This document shows, in pieces, positions 26,733-34,965 of a DNA stretch of 34,965 bases. Source of the DNA: Candidatus Sericytochromatia bacterium (GTDB lineage Bacteria; Cyanobacteriota; Sericytochromatia; S15B-MN24; JAQBPE01); NCBI GenBank assembly GCA_035285125.1, contig JAYKHR010000055.1, positions 1 to 34,965 of the forward strand. Direction: 5' to 3'. The translations under genes were made by a program, and so were the position numbers. The notes beneath the pieces were generated by a model. The model ran no database searches and was not told where the DNA came from. It was given only the letters and a program-made list of their open reading frames with translations. Every line of letters begins with the position of its first letter. Positions within the stretch are counted from its first letter, which is position 1.

Positions 26733-28397
26733 TCAGAGCAGGCCGTCGCGCGTGCCGAGCAGCGCCTCGCGCACGAGCGGCATCGGCAGGGGACCTTGCG
26801 CCAGGAAGGCGTCGTGGAACTCGCGCAGCGAGAAGCCGGCCCCCCGCTGCTCCGCGTAGTCGGCGCGCAGCTTGAGCAGCATCAGCTTGCCCAGCGTGTA
26901 GTAGCCGTAGGTGGGATCGACCGTGCCGCGCCAGGCCTCGACGCGGGCACCAGGCCGGGAGAGGAAGGCCTCCCGCTCGAAAAAGGCCTGCGCCTCCGGC
27001 ACCGTCATGCCCTGGGTGTGCAGCTTGATGCCCGCCACCAGCCGGGCGTTGCGCAGCAGGGCGTCCGTCAGCATCGCGATCCGGTAGCGCGGCGCGTTGC
27101 CCCGGAAGCCCTCGTCGAGCATCATCACCTCGCAGTAATGGGCCCAGCCCTCGGCGTTCGAGGGCGCCCACATGATGCGACGCGTGACGGAGGGGAAGCG
27201 CGGCAGCATGAGGAACTGCACGTAGTGGCCCGGGTAGGCCTCGTGCACGGACAGGTTGCTGATGCCCGCCTCCGTCCACTGCGCCATGTAGGCCTCCTGC
27301 TCCTCGGCCGGCCAGTGGGGGTTGGGCAGCGTCATGTAGTAGTAGGCCTCGGTCGAGACGGCCTCGAAGGGCCCCGGCGTGTCCATCGCGGCCGTCACGG
27401 TGGCGCGCATGAAGGGCGGCGTCTCGACCACCCGCACGGGGCGGGCCTCGGGCAGCGTGAGAAGCGCCCGGTCGGCGATAAAGGCCCGGATCTCATCGAG
27501 CATGTCGCGGGTGGTGGCGAGCATCGCCTCGGGGCGGACGTGGTCCCGCCCGAGGGCTTCGAGCACCGCCTGCACCGGCTGGCCCGGCGCGATCACCCCC
27601 GCGAGGGCCCGCAGCTCGGCCTGGTTGCGCGCCAGGTCCGCCTCGCCGATCGCCAGCAGGTGCTCCAGCGGCAGCTCCACGAGCTCGTCGTGGTACAGCT
27701 TGCGCATGAAGGCGTCCGCCCCGATCGCAAACTCGCCGGTCGAGCGTGGCAGCAGCTCCTCCGTCAAGAAGCGCTCGTAGCGGGTGAAGGCCGCCAGCAC
27801 CTCGGCCCGGGCCTCGCGCAGCTGGGCCAGCGACGCCTCGGAGACGCGCCCCTCGAAGGCCGCAAGCAGCGTCGTCTCGAAAAAGCCCCGGTTGCCCTCC
27901 AGCTGCTCGAGGGCGAGCTCGGTGTAGACGCGAGGCGGCGTCCCCAGCTGCGCCTCGGCGCCACGCAGCACGGCGGGCATCCGCGCCAGGCGCGACAACA
28001 AGGAGGCCAGCCGCTGCTCGGCCGGCGCGAAGTCGCGGTACACGAGCGTGAACGCGCTCTCCGTCAGGCCGCTGGCGTACACGTCCGGGTTGCGCTCCAG
28101 GGGGCGCGTGACGGTGGCCGCCTCGATCGCCCCGCTGATGGTCGCGAGGATCCACTCGAGGTCGTGGGCCTCGACCTGGCTCAGGGTGTCGAGCTCGAGC
28201 CCCTCGAAGGCGAGCCGCAGCCGCTTCAGGGCCGTGACCTCCGCGTCCTGGCCCGCCAGGGTGTACGCCTCGAGTGCCCCGTCATGTTCGTGGCGCCCCA
28301 GCACCGTGCCCCACGTGGGACGGTGGCGCAGGCGCTCGTCGTGGAAGCGGTGGACGAGGGCGTCGAACTCGGCGTGAAGGGTTGGAGAGGCAGTCAT
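26733..28397 (-). CDS. DUF885 family protein (putative zinc metallopeptidase)
   Basis: HEAYPGH, EGWAHY, YYTLGKL, FHDAFL motifs; no signal peptide. Confidence 0.92.
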   Translation of the reverse strand: MTASPTLHAEFDALVHRFHDERLRHRPTWGTVLGRHEHDGALEAYTLAGQDAEVTALKRLRLAFEGLELDTLSQVEAHDLEWILATISGAIEAATVTRPLERNPDVYASGLTESAFTLVYRDFAPAEQRLASLLSRLARMPAVLRGAEAQLGTPPRVYTELALEQLEGNRGFFETTLLAAFEGRVSEASLAQLREARAEVLAAFTRYERFLTEELLPRSTGEFAIGADAFMRKLYHDELVELPLEHLLAIGEADLARNQAELRALAGVIAPGQPVQAVLEALGRDHVRPEAMLATTRDMLDEIRAFIADRALLTLPEARPVRVVETPPFMRATVTAAMDTPGPFEAVSTEAYYYMTLPNPHWPAEEQEAYMAQWTEAGISNLSVHEAYPGHYVQFLMLPRFPSVTRRIMWAPSNAEGWAHYCEVMMLDEGFRGNAPRYRIAMLTDALLRNARLVAGIKLHTQGMTVPEAQAFFEREAFLSRPGARVEAWRGTVDPTYGYYTLGKLMLLKLRADYAEQRGAGFSLREFHDAFLAQGPLPMPLVREALLGTRDGLL

Positions 28398-28616
28398 CGG
28401 GGGGCTCGCTGGGGGGGCCTTCATTGTACCGGACGCCCCCCACCACCGCTCGCGGACCTGGGGGTGTCCCAGGCCGTCCTGCACCCCTGCTAGATCCAAA
28501 AAAAGCATCCACGCGAGAGCCAAACCCGTGAAGCGCGGGTTAAGGGGTGGTACAACCGCGACGAAGGTACTCGCCAAACGGTCAAGCGTCCGCGCCGCCC
28601 ACCCGGATTAGATCAC

Positions 28617-29048
28617 TTGCCACGCCTCGCCCTGCAAACAGCCCCCCCCAGACCCCTACTTGCCACGATCGTGGAGCTGGAGGGAGCCCTTGGCGGGCCT
28701 CAGCTTCAACGGGCGCTTGCCACGTGGAACCACCACCGCCGGGAGGGCTACAAGCCCTTCGGCCAGGTCCTGCTAGACCTCAAGATGCTGAACCTGAACC
28801 TCCTGCAGCACTACAGCAAGCTGCAACTCCGGCTGATGGTGGCACCCAGCCGGGGAAAACCCCTCGGCATCCTGGCCCTCGAGACCAGGGCTGTGCGGCC
28901 CGCGGTGCTCCTGAAGCTGCTTGAGAGGCAGGGCCACGCGCGGCAGCGCATCGGCGAGATGATGCTGGCAGCCAACCTGATCAACCACGCGCAGCTGGAG
29001 TTGCTGCTCAGGACGCAGCAACTTTACGCCACCCGGCAGGCCTTGTGA
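28617..29048 (+). CDS. Stand-alone MshEN-like repeat protein (paralog 1)
   Basis: Four (R/P)LG..L...G.....L..AL..Q-type units, the last RIGEMMLAANLINHAQLELLLRTQ; aligns along its length with the next ORF. Confidence 0.75.
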   Translation: MPRLALQTAPPRPLLATIVELEGALGGPQLQRALATWNHHRREGYKPFGQVLLDLKMLNLNLLQHYSKLQLRLMVAPSRGKPLGILALETRAVRPAVLLKLLERQGHARQRIGEMMLAANLINHAQLELLLRTQQLYATRQAL

Positions 29049-29181
29049 GCCGCAGTGGCTCCTGCGACAGATTCGTGAAGCGATCATTAAGCCGTGTAAG
29101 GCCTTTGTAAAGTCGCGCACGGCCACCCCCACGAGGTCCGACACCTGAGGCATACAGCCCGTGCCAAGGAGACCTTGCGCG

Positions 29182-29613
29182 ATGAAGGAAGAACGACCCG
29201 CCGCCGGCCGGCGCAAGCCCATGCTGGCCCGCATCCTGGAGCTCGAGGGAGCGCTCGACGGCGTGCGCCTGGAGCGAGCCCTGGCAGCCTGGAACCAGCA
29301 CCGCCTCGAGGGCCGCGCGCGCGCCTTCGGCCAGGTCGTGCTCGACCTCAGGCTCCTCGATATCCCCACCCTGCGACAATTCATCGCGCTGCAGCGCCGG
29401 CTCGCCGCAGCGCCCGGCGGGCGCAAGCCCCTGGGCATCATCGCCGTCGAAACGGGCGCCGTGCGGCCGTCGGTGGTGGCCGAGCTGCTCGAGCGGCAGG
29501 CCGACACGGGCCGCCGCCTCGGCGAGTTGCTCGTCGTCGAGGGGGTCCTGCGCCGACCGCAGGTGAACGTGCTGCTCCACCTGCAGCGCCAGACCGCCCC
29601 GACGGCGGCCTGA
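29182..29613 (+). CDS. Stand-alone MshEN-like repeat protein (paralog 2)
   Basis: Last unit RLGELLVVEGVLRRPQVNVLLHLQ; AAGGAG RBS. Confidence 0.8.
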   Translation: MKEERPAAGRRKPMLARILELEGALDGVRLERALAAWNQHRLEGRARAFGQVVLDLRLLDIPTLRQFIALQRRLAAAPGGRKPLGIIAVETGAVRPSVVAELLERQADTGRRLGELLVVEGVLRRPQVNVLLHLQRQTAPTAA

Positions 29614-29620
29614 GGCGGCC

Positions 29621-31105
29621 TCAGCTCGCCGGGCGCAGGAGCGGCCCGAACTCCGCCATCTGGTCGGCCACCACCTCCGGCCGCAGCCGGGCGAAGGCCA
29701 CGAGGGCCGCGGCGAGGTCGGCCCGGTGGCCCTCCCCAGCCGGGGTGGCGTCGTCCGCCAGCAGGCCGGCGAGGGCCGGCTGCAGCGCGATGGCCCGCTC
29801 GAAGTCGCCCCGCGCCTCGTCTTGCCGCCCGAGCGCCAGCCTGGCGCAGGCCCGCTTCCAGAGCAGCCGCTCGTTGGTGGGCGTGACACGCAGCCCGAGC
29901 CCGTAGTCCCGCTCGGCAGCCCCCCAGTCGCCGAGGGCCTCGTGGGCCAGGCCGCGGTTGAGGTAGAGCGTCCTGTCGCCAGGGATCAGCTGCTCGAGGA
30001 TGTCGAGGTCCTGCACGGCCTCGGCCACGCGGCCCAGGCCCCGCCGGGCGATCGCCCGGTGGCGACGCGCCTCGATGTGGTTGGGCTCATGGCGCAGCGC
30101 CTCATCGAAGTGCGGCAGGGCGCCCGCCGCGTCGCCGAGCCAGCAGGCCAGCGTCAGGCCGAGCTCGGCATGAACCTCCGGGTCCGTCGGGTCCACCCGC
30201 CGCGCGGCGAGCAGCACGGCGCAGGCGTCTTCGGGCCGGCCGAGGCGCCGCAGCGCGTCGGCGCGGCGCACGAAGGCGCGAAGGTCGCCCGGCACCTGCT
30301 CGATCCGCTCGGCCGCCACGCGCGCCGAGGCCTCCTGCAACAGGCCCTCGCGGGCCAGCGCCACGCCGAGGCGCGCCTGCGGGCAGCTGATGCGGTGCCG
30401 CAGGGCGCCGAAGTAATCGGCCATGGCCCCGAGCCACTCGCCGGCGTGCCGCCGGGCCTCTCCCCGGGCCATGAAGCCCGCCCAGTCCTCGGGGGCCTCC
30501 TCGCCGGCCTCGTCGGGCTCGCGCTCCCGGCGGGCGGCCACCTCGGCCGCGATCTGGAACTGAAAGCCCGCCTCGGGGTGCTCGGGCTGCAGCACGAGGG
30601 CCACGAGGAAGTCGGCCATCGCGCCGTCGAAGTCCTCCTGATCGAAGCGTGCCCGGCCCCGCAGGAACCAGGTCGCGACGTGATCGGGGCGGCGTCGCAG
30701 CACCTCGGTGTAGTCCTCGACCGCCCCTTGCATGTCGCCGAGCAGGTAGCGGGCCCAGCCGCGGTGGTGGTAGGGCGCCAGCCGCCGCGCGCACAGCGCC
30801 GCGGCAGCCGTGAAGTCCGCCACCGCCTCGTCGAGCGCGAGCTGCTCGGTGCGGATCAGGCCCCGCCGCAGCCGGGCCTCGTAGACGACCTCGGCCGCCC
30901 CCGTGGCGAGGGCCACGCCGTAGTCCTCGCCGGCACCCTCGAGGTCGCCCAGCGCCCCGCGGGCCTTGCCACGCTGCAAGTGAACCACCGGGTCACCCCC
31001 GGCGAGGCCGAGCAGATCGGTGAAGAGCTCCAGCGCGTCCTCATGGCGGTCGCGTTCGAGGAGGGTGACGCCCTGGCGGTAGAGGGGGTGTTCGTGAAGC
31101 GACAT
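29621..31105 (-). CDS. Tetratricopeptide repeat protein
   Basis: Many RG.A...LGD...A..DY..AL...P units. Confidence 0.9.
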   Translation of the reverse strand: MSLHEHPLYRQGVTLLERDRHEDALELFTDLLGLAGGDPVVHLQRGKARGALGDLEGAGEDYGVALATGAAEVVYEARLRRGLIRTEQLALDEAVADFTAAAALCARRLAPYHHRGWARYLLGDMQGAVEDYTEVLRRRPDHVATWFLRGRARFDQEDFDGAMADFLVALVLQPEHPEAGFQFQIAAEVAARREREPDEAGEEAPEDWAGFMARGEARRHAGEWLGAMADYFGALRHRISCPQARLGVALAREGLLQEASARVAAERIEQVPGDLRAFVRRADALRRLGRPEDACAVLLAARRVDPTDPEVHAELGLTLACWLGDAAGALPHFDEALRHEPNHIEARRHRAIARRGLGRVAEAVQDLDILEQLIPGDRTLYLNRGLAHEALGDWGAAERDYGLGLRVTPTNERLLWKRACARLALGRQDEARGDFERAIALQPALAGLLADDATPAGEGHRADLAAALVAFARLRPEVVADQMAEFGPLLRPAS

Positions 31106-31504
31106 GCAACCTGCGGGGGCCGTGGAGGGAACGATCGTGAGCGTAGCTCAGCAGGCCGATTCCGGCGGTGATGATCGCGACAACGCAGGCGTGAGGCCGC
31201 TCACGGCCATTCCCGGCTTGCCAGACGGCGTGTGGATCGGCGTCCCAGCCTGGAACGATAACAGGCGCGATCGCCAGATCCGGGAGGCCGCCCCCCGATC
31301 CCGCAGCCCGGCCTGCCAGGCGTCTGATCGACCCCCAGCCAGGTCGCCCGGCCTCCCCAGCCCGGCACCCGATCAACCGCAGGCAGAGGCCCCAAGCCTC
31401 CCCGTGCTCACGCCTGGCGAGGCCTGGTGGTGCCCAAGAAGGCCCCACCGCGAGCCCCAGGACCGTCGGCGCCGCCACCGTCCGGGAGCGGCCAAAGCCA
31501 ACCG

Positions 31505-32440
31505 CTAGCCCAGGGCGTCGGCCGCCGGCCCCGGCGCCGTGTAGTCGGCGTGGCTCTCGGGGTGCTCGTCGTCGTGGCAGGCCGGCTCCAGGTGGGTCGT
31601 GACCGTGACGCTCTCCCCCGGGAACAGGGCCCCGATCCGCCGCTCCACCACGCCCGCTGCCCGGTGCGCGTCTTGCAGGCTGGCCTCGTCCTCGAACAGC
31701 AGGTGGGCCTCGATCAACACCTCGTGCGAGATCCGCCGGTGCCGCACCTGGTGGTAGGCGACGATCAGCCCCTCGGCTTGCGCCTGGCGCAGCGTCTGGT
31801 CGAGGCGCCCGGCCTCGTCCGGCGAGGTGCGCTCCATCAGTCCCTCGAAGCTGGTGCGCAGGAGCTGCCACGAGGTCCACACGATGTTGAGGCCCACCAG
31901 GATCGCAAGCACCGGATCAAGCCAGTCGAGGCCCGTCAGCCACACCAGCGCCACGCCCACGACCACGCCGAAGCTAGTCCAGCTGTCCGTGAGCACGTGC
32001 TGCCCGTTGGCTGCAAGCACGAGCGTCTGCGTCCGGCGCCCCACGTGGACGAGGTAGCTGCCGAGCAGCAGGTTGACGAGCGCCAGCCCCCCCGTGATCG
32101 CGACCCCCACACCAAGGGCCTGCAGCTGTGGGCCCACGATCAGGGCGTGGATGCCCGTGTACAGGATGGCGCAGGCCGCGACCAGGATCAGCGCACCCTC
32201 GAAGCCGGCCGAGAAGTAGGCGAACTTGCCGTGGCCGTAAGGATGGTCCTCGTCGGCAGGCTGCGCCGTCCACCACAGGCCGAAGGCGGCCACGGCGGTG
32301 GCAGCCAAATGGATGACGGACTCCAGCGCATCCGAGAGGATGGCCGTGGAGCCCGTGAGCCGCCAGGCCCCGAGTTTGCCGACGAGCATGAGGCCTGCGG
32401 CCGCGATGCTGGCACCCATGGCGACGCGACGCGGATCCAC
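31505..32440 (-). CDS. Cation diffusion facilitator (FieF-like) transporter
   Basis: TGSTAILSDALES, PADEDHPYGHGK, HVLTD, WLDPVLA, SLQDAH, THLEP. Confidence 0.92.
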   Translation of the reverse strand: MDPRRVAMGASIAAAGLMLVGKLGAWRLTGSTAILSDALESVIHLAATAVAAFGLWWTAQPADEDHPYGHGKFAYFSAGFEGALILVAACAILYTGIHALIVGPQLQALGVGVAITGGLALVNLLLGSYLVHVGRRTQTLVLAANGQHVLTDSWTSFGVVVGVALVWLTGLDWLDPVLAILVGLNIVWTSWQLLRTSFEGLMERTSPDEAGRLDQTLRQAQAEGLIVAYHQVRHRRISHEVLIEAHLLFEDEASLQDAHRAAGVVERRIGALFPGESVTVTTHLEPACHDDEHPESHADYTAPGPAADALG

Positions 32441-32585
32441 CCTTCCACACCTCCCCAGCTGCAAGCTGTGCCATCTTGCCCGGGCGCGAGGCCCCCGTCA
32501 AACCGGGCCGGCCGGCCGCCAGCCCCGGTGAGGGCACAAGGCCCGGCGGGTAAGGCAGGCTTGGCGCCCCTGACGAGCCCTGCCA

Positions 32586-33929
32586 ATGTCCGACAACCTG
32601 ATCGAATTTGCCCGCGTGCCGGAGCTGGAGGTCCTCGCCCTCCAGCAGCAGCTCAACGCGCGGGTGCGGGCCGGGCTGCTCTCGGGGCCGCTGCTGCCGG
32701 AGAACGGCAAACTCGACGAGGCGACGGTCGCCAAGCAGCGGGAGCAGGAGGCTGTGGACCTGATCGCCCTCGCCACGATCGAGGCGAAGCGGCCCCCCGA
32801 CGCCAGGCTGCACGCGTCCACCGAGGCGGACGACGAGGCCATCCTGACGCGCGCGCAGGCCGAGCTCAGCCACATCCCGGACACGCCCTACCTCGACCAC
32901 GACCACAAGGCCCCCTCGGTGGCGCGCGTGCAGGCGCTGGCCCGGGTGTTCCGCCGCAAGTGGGGGGCCAGCGGCCAGGCCGTCGAGCGCCTCGAGGCCC
33001 TGCTCGCGGAGCCGACGAGCCCCGGGGCCCTGCTGGAGGCGGACGGCGCCTTCGACTGGCCCGCGCTCGAGGCCGCGCTCGCGCGGCTGAAGCAGGCCGA
33101 GGACGCGCTGCGGGCGCTCCCCCCGGACGAGCCCGAGTGCCCGGGCCTCGCGGCGCGCCTGGCGGACTTCCGCGACCGCCTCGTCGAGGGCCTGAGGCCG
33201 GGCAGCACCCCCCGTCCACGCAAGCCCGCGCCCCCCGAGGCGGCCAGCGCGGCGACGCCTGCGGCCCCCGCCGCGCCGCGCCCCCAGCGGCCCCGGTCAG
33301 GCCCCCTGCCGGCGGTGGCGGCCCTCCCACCCCCGCGGCCGACGGGGCCCGCTGAGGCCGCGCCCCCCGCGGGCTTCACCCCGGACCCCGAGCGCGACCG
33401 CCGCGGCCGGGAGCTCGACATCCTCGGGCCCGAGCGCCGCACCGCGCTGCTGCGGGAGGCGGACGCGCAGGGCCCCGAGGACCCGGCGCCCGCAGAGCTT
33501 GCCGCCTCGATCGCGCGCACCCACCCCGAGCACGCCACGCCGGGCCTGATCGCGCACTTCGACGGCTACGCGTGCCACGAGCTCAGCCGCGACGAGGCCC
33601 GGCTCCAGCGCATGCCGCCGGTGGCGCGCGTCGGGATGCTCAAGGTGCTCGCGGAGCGCCCCGACGAGGGGGCCGAGGCGCTGTTCGTCGCGGCGAGCAC
33701 CTCCTTGCTGCGCCAGCACCCCAACGCCGCCGGGGAGGTCGTCCAGAGCCTGCCCGAGGGCCGGCGCGGCGCCGTGTCGCTGGCGCTCGTCGCGCGCCTG
33801 TCGGACGACGAGGTGCTCAGGCTGCCGCGCGACCTGCTGCACCAGCTCGCCAAGCAGCTGCAGGCGGCGGCCTCCAGCGACGAGCGGCGGCAGCTCGCCC
33901 GGCTCGTGCGCCTGCTCGGCCGGCGCTGA
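32586..33929 (+). CDS. Hypothetical protein, two helical regions joined by a Pro/Ala linker
   Basis: 447 aa frame with GC3-rich codons; no recognised motif. Confidence 0.75.
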   Translation: MSDNLIEFARVPELEVLALQQQLNARVRAGLLSGPLLPENGKLDEATVAKQREQEAVDLIALATIEAKRPPDARLHASTEADDEAILTRAQAELSHIPDTPYLDHDHKAPSVARVQALARVFRRKWGASGQAVERLEALLAEPTSPGALLEADGAFDWPALEAALARLKQAEDALRALPPDEPECPGLAARLADFRDRLVEGLRPGSTPRPRKPAPPEAASAATPAAPAAPRPQRPRSGPLPAVAALPPPRPTGPAEAAPPAGFTPDPERDRRGRELDILGPERRTALLREADAQGPEDPAPAELAASIARTHPEHATPGLIAHFDGYACHELSRDEARLQRMPPVARVGMLKVLAERPDEGAEALFVAASTSLLRQHPNAAGEVVQSLPEGRRGAVSLALVARLSDDEVLRLPRDLLHQLAKQLQAAASSDERRQLARLVRLLGRR

Positions 33930-34024
33930 AGGCGCCAGATCCGCTTTACATAAAGCCGTGAAACCCGCTCAAGATGCGGGTAAGGAGAGGTTGTCCCACT
34001 CCAGGCAGCCAGGGAGGGTTCGCC

Positions 34025-34965
34025 ATGGTGTCCCGCTTCGTCCTCAGCCTCGGCCTCGCGTTCGCGACCGTCGCCGTCAGTGCGCCGGCGCAGGCCCACG
34101 TCAACCAGGCTGCGGACGTGAACCGCGAGCTGATGGTGGCCGCCGCCTACGGTCACCTGTGGCGTGTGCGGTCGCTCGTCGAGGGCGGGGCCAACGTCAA
34201 CTGGCGGGACGAGGAGGGCTACACCCCCTTGACGTGGGCGTCCCAGCACGGCCACACCACGGTGGTCGACTTCCTGTTGAGCCGCTTCGCGGGCGTCAAC
34301 CCGTCCGACAAGACGGGCTACACCCCGCTGATGTGGGCGGCCCAGGAGGGTCACGCCGGCGTGGTGGAGCTCTTGCTGCGCCGGGGCGCCAACCCGTACG
34401 TGCAAGACGGGCGGGGCGCCAACGCGCTCACGCTGGCGCGCTGGTCGGGCAACGAGCGCGTCTACGCCATCTTGCGGGAGGCCATGAGCCAGGCCAACCC
34501 GGTCGCGCCGCCGGTGGCCGCCACCACGCAGCCGATGGCGATGGTCCCGCCCCCTGGCTTCGAGGCGGCCGCGCCGCTGCCCTACGCCCAGCCGCCGGCG
34601 TACGCCCAGCCGATGCCACTTGCCCAGGCGCCGCGCATCCAGTACGAGCCCACCGCCGTGACGCCGCCCGTCTATGACAACCTCCACGCCTACCCCCTCA
34701 ACAAGGACCACGGGGCGATGGTGGCGAAGAAGTCCTGGGCCGTGAGCCGGCTGGCCGACGAGAGCTACCGCTTCCGGGCCGACTACGCCAGCTACGTGCA
34801 GGCCACGGCGACCCACCTCGGCTGGGATGCCATGGGGACGCTGAACGACCCGGACATGGAGATCGGGAAGTACCTCAACGCGATGTACGCCAACGTCATG
34901 AAGGCCCGCGACCTGGCGCGCGCCAGGCGGGACCTCGGCCGCGCCAAGAACGTGCAGGACGCGCG
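34025..34965 (+). CDS. Secreted ankyrin-repeat protein, 3'-truncated by the window edge (absent from the ORF track)
   Basis: Manual translation: MVSRFVLSLGLAFATVAVSAPAQA signal, then GANVNWRDEEGYTPLTWASQHGH, GYTPLMWAAQEGH, GANPYVQD; GGAGG RBS; no stop before the window end. Confidence 0.9.
   Translation, partial: MVSRFVLSLGLAFATVAVSAPAQAHVNQAADVNRELMVAAAYGHLWRVRSLVEGGANVNWRDEEGYTPLTWASQHGHTTVVDFLLSRFAGVNPSDKTGYTPLMWAAQEGHAGVVELLLRRGANPYVQDGRGANALTLARWSGNERVYAILREAMSQANPVAPPVAATTQPMAMVPPPGFEAAAPLPYAQPPAYAQPMPLAQAPRIQYEPTAVTPPVYDNLHAYPLNKDHGAMVAKKSWAVSRLADESYRFRADYASYVQATATHLGWDAMGTLNDPDMEIGKYLNAMYANVMKARDLARARRDLGRAKNVQDA

Noticed and set aside
28515..28545. c-di-GMP-I riboswitch upstream of the MshEN genes (GCCAAACCCGTGAAGCGCGGG)
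   Set aside because: No GNRA loop, no GACGCAAAG junction and no P3 receptor; better explained as a DNA-binding site
31104..31508. 134-aa plus-strand ORF in the TPR-CDF gap
   Set aside because: Overlaps the TPR start codon, has no RBS or motif, and has a low-complexity C-terminal half

Overview
Very GC-rich bacterial chromosomal segment with no integrase, transposase, phage genes or CRISPR array. The organism appears diderm (lipoproteins, beta-barrels). The GCG-starting tRNA-Trp without encoded CCA hints at a Cyanobacteriota-related lineage such as Sericytochromatia (inference only). Left to right: small hypotheticals (degenerate CoiA-like protein, DUF2256, Tyr-Pro repeat protein); an AddAB-like helicase-nuclease pair in which both subunits carry four-Cys nuclease domains; a divergent, degenerate SLOG/YspA-like gene behind a candidate LexA box; tRNA-Trp; a copper module (CopZ, CopA, a translationally coupled Met/His-rich outer-membrane barrel, a USP-CBS fusion); an MFS exporter; two orphan membrane proteins behind a palindromic operator; an esterase; a His-rich metal-binding peptide; a fasciclin lipoprotein; a GH1 lipoprotein; two tandem peptidoglycan-binding/beta-barrel paralogs; a repeat-bearing lipoprotein; DUF885; two tandem MshEN-repeat proteins; a TPR protein; a CDF transporter; a hypothetical protein; and a truncated secreted ankyrin protein. 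Best novelty candidates: the permuted-PGBD + barrel outer-membrane tether pair, the CopA-coupled barrel, the stand-alone MshEN pair, and recurring 11-bp-periodic Pho/OmpR-like boxes. All calls come from reading motifs by eye; no database search was run.
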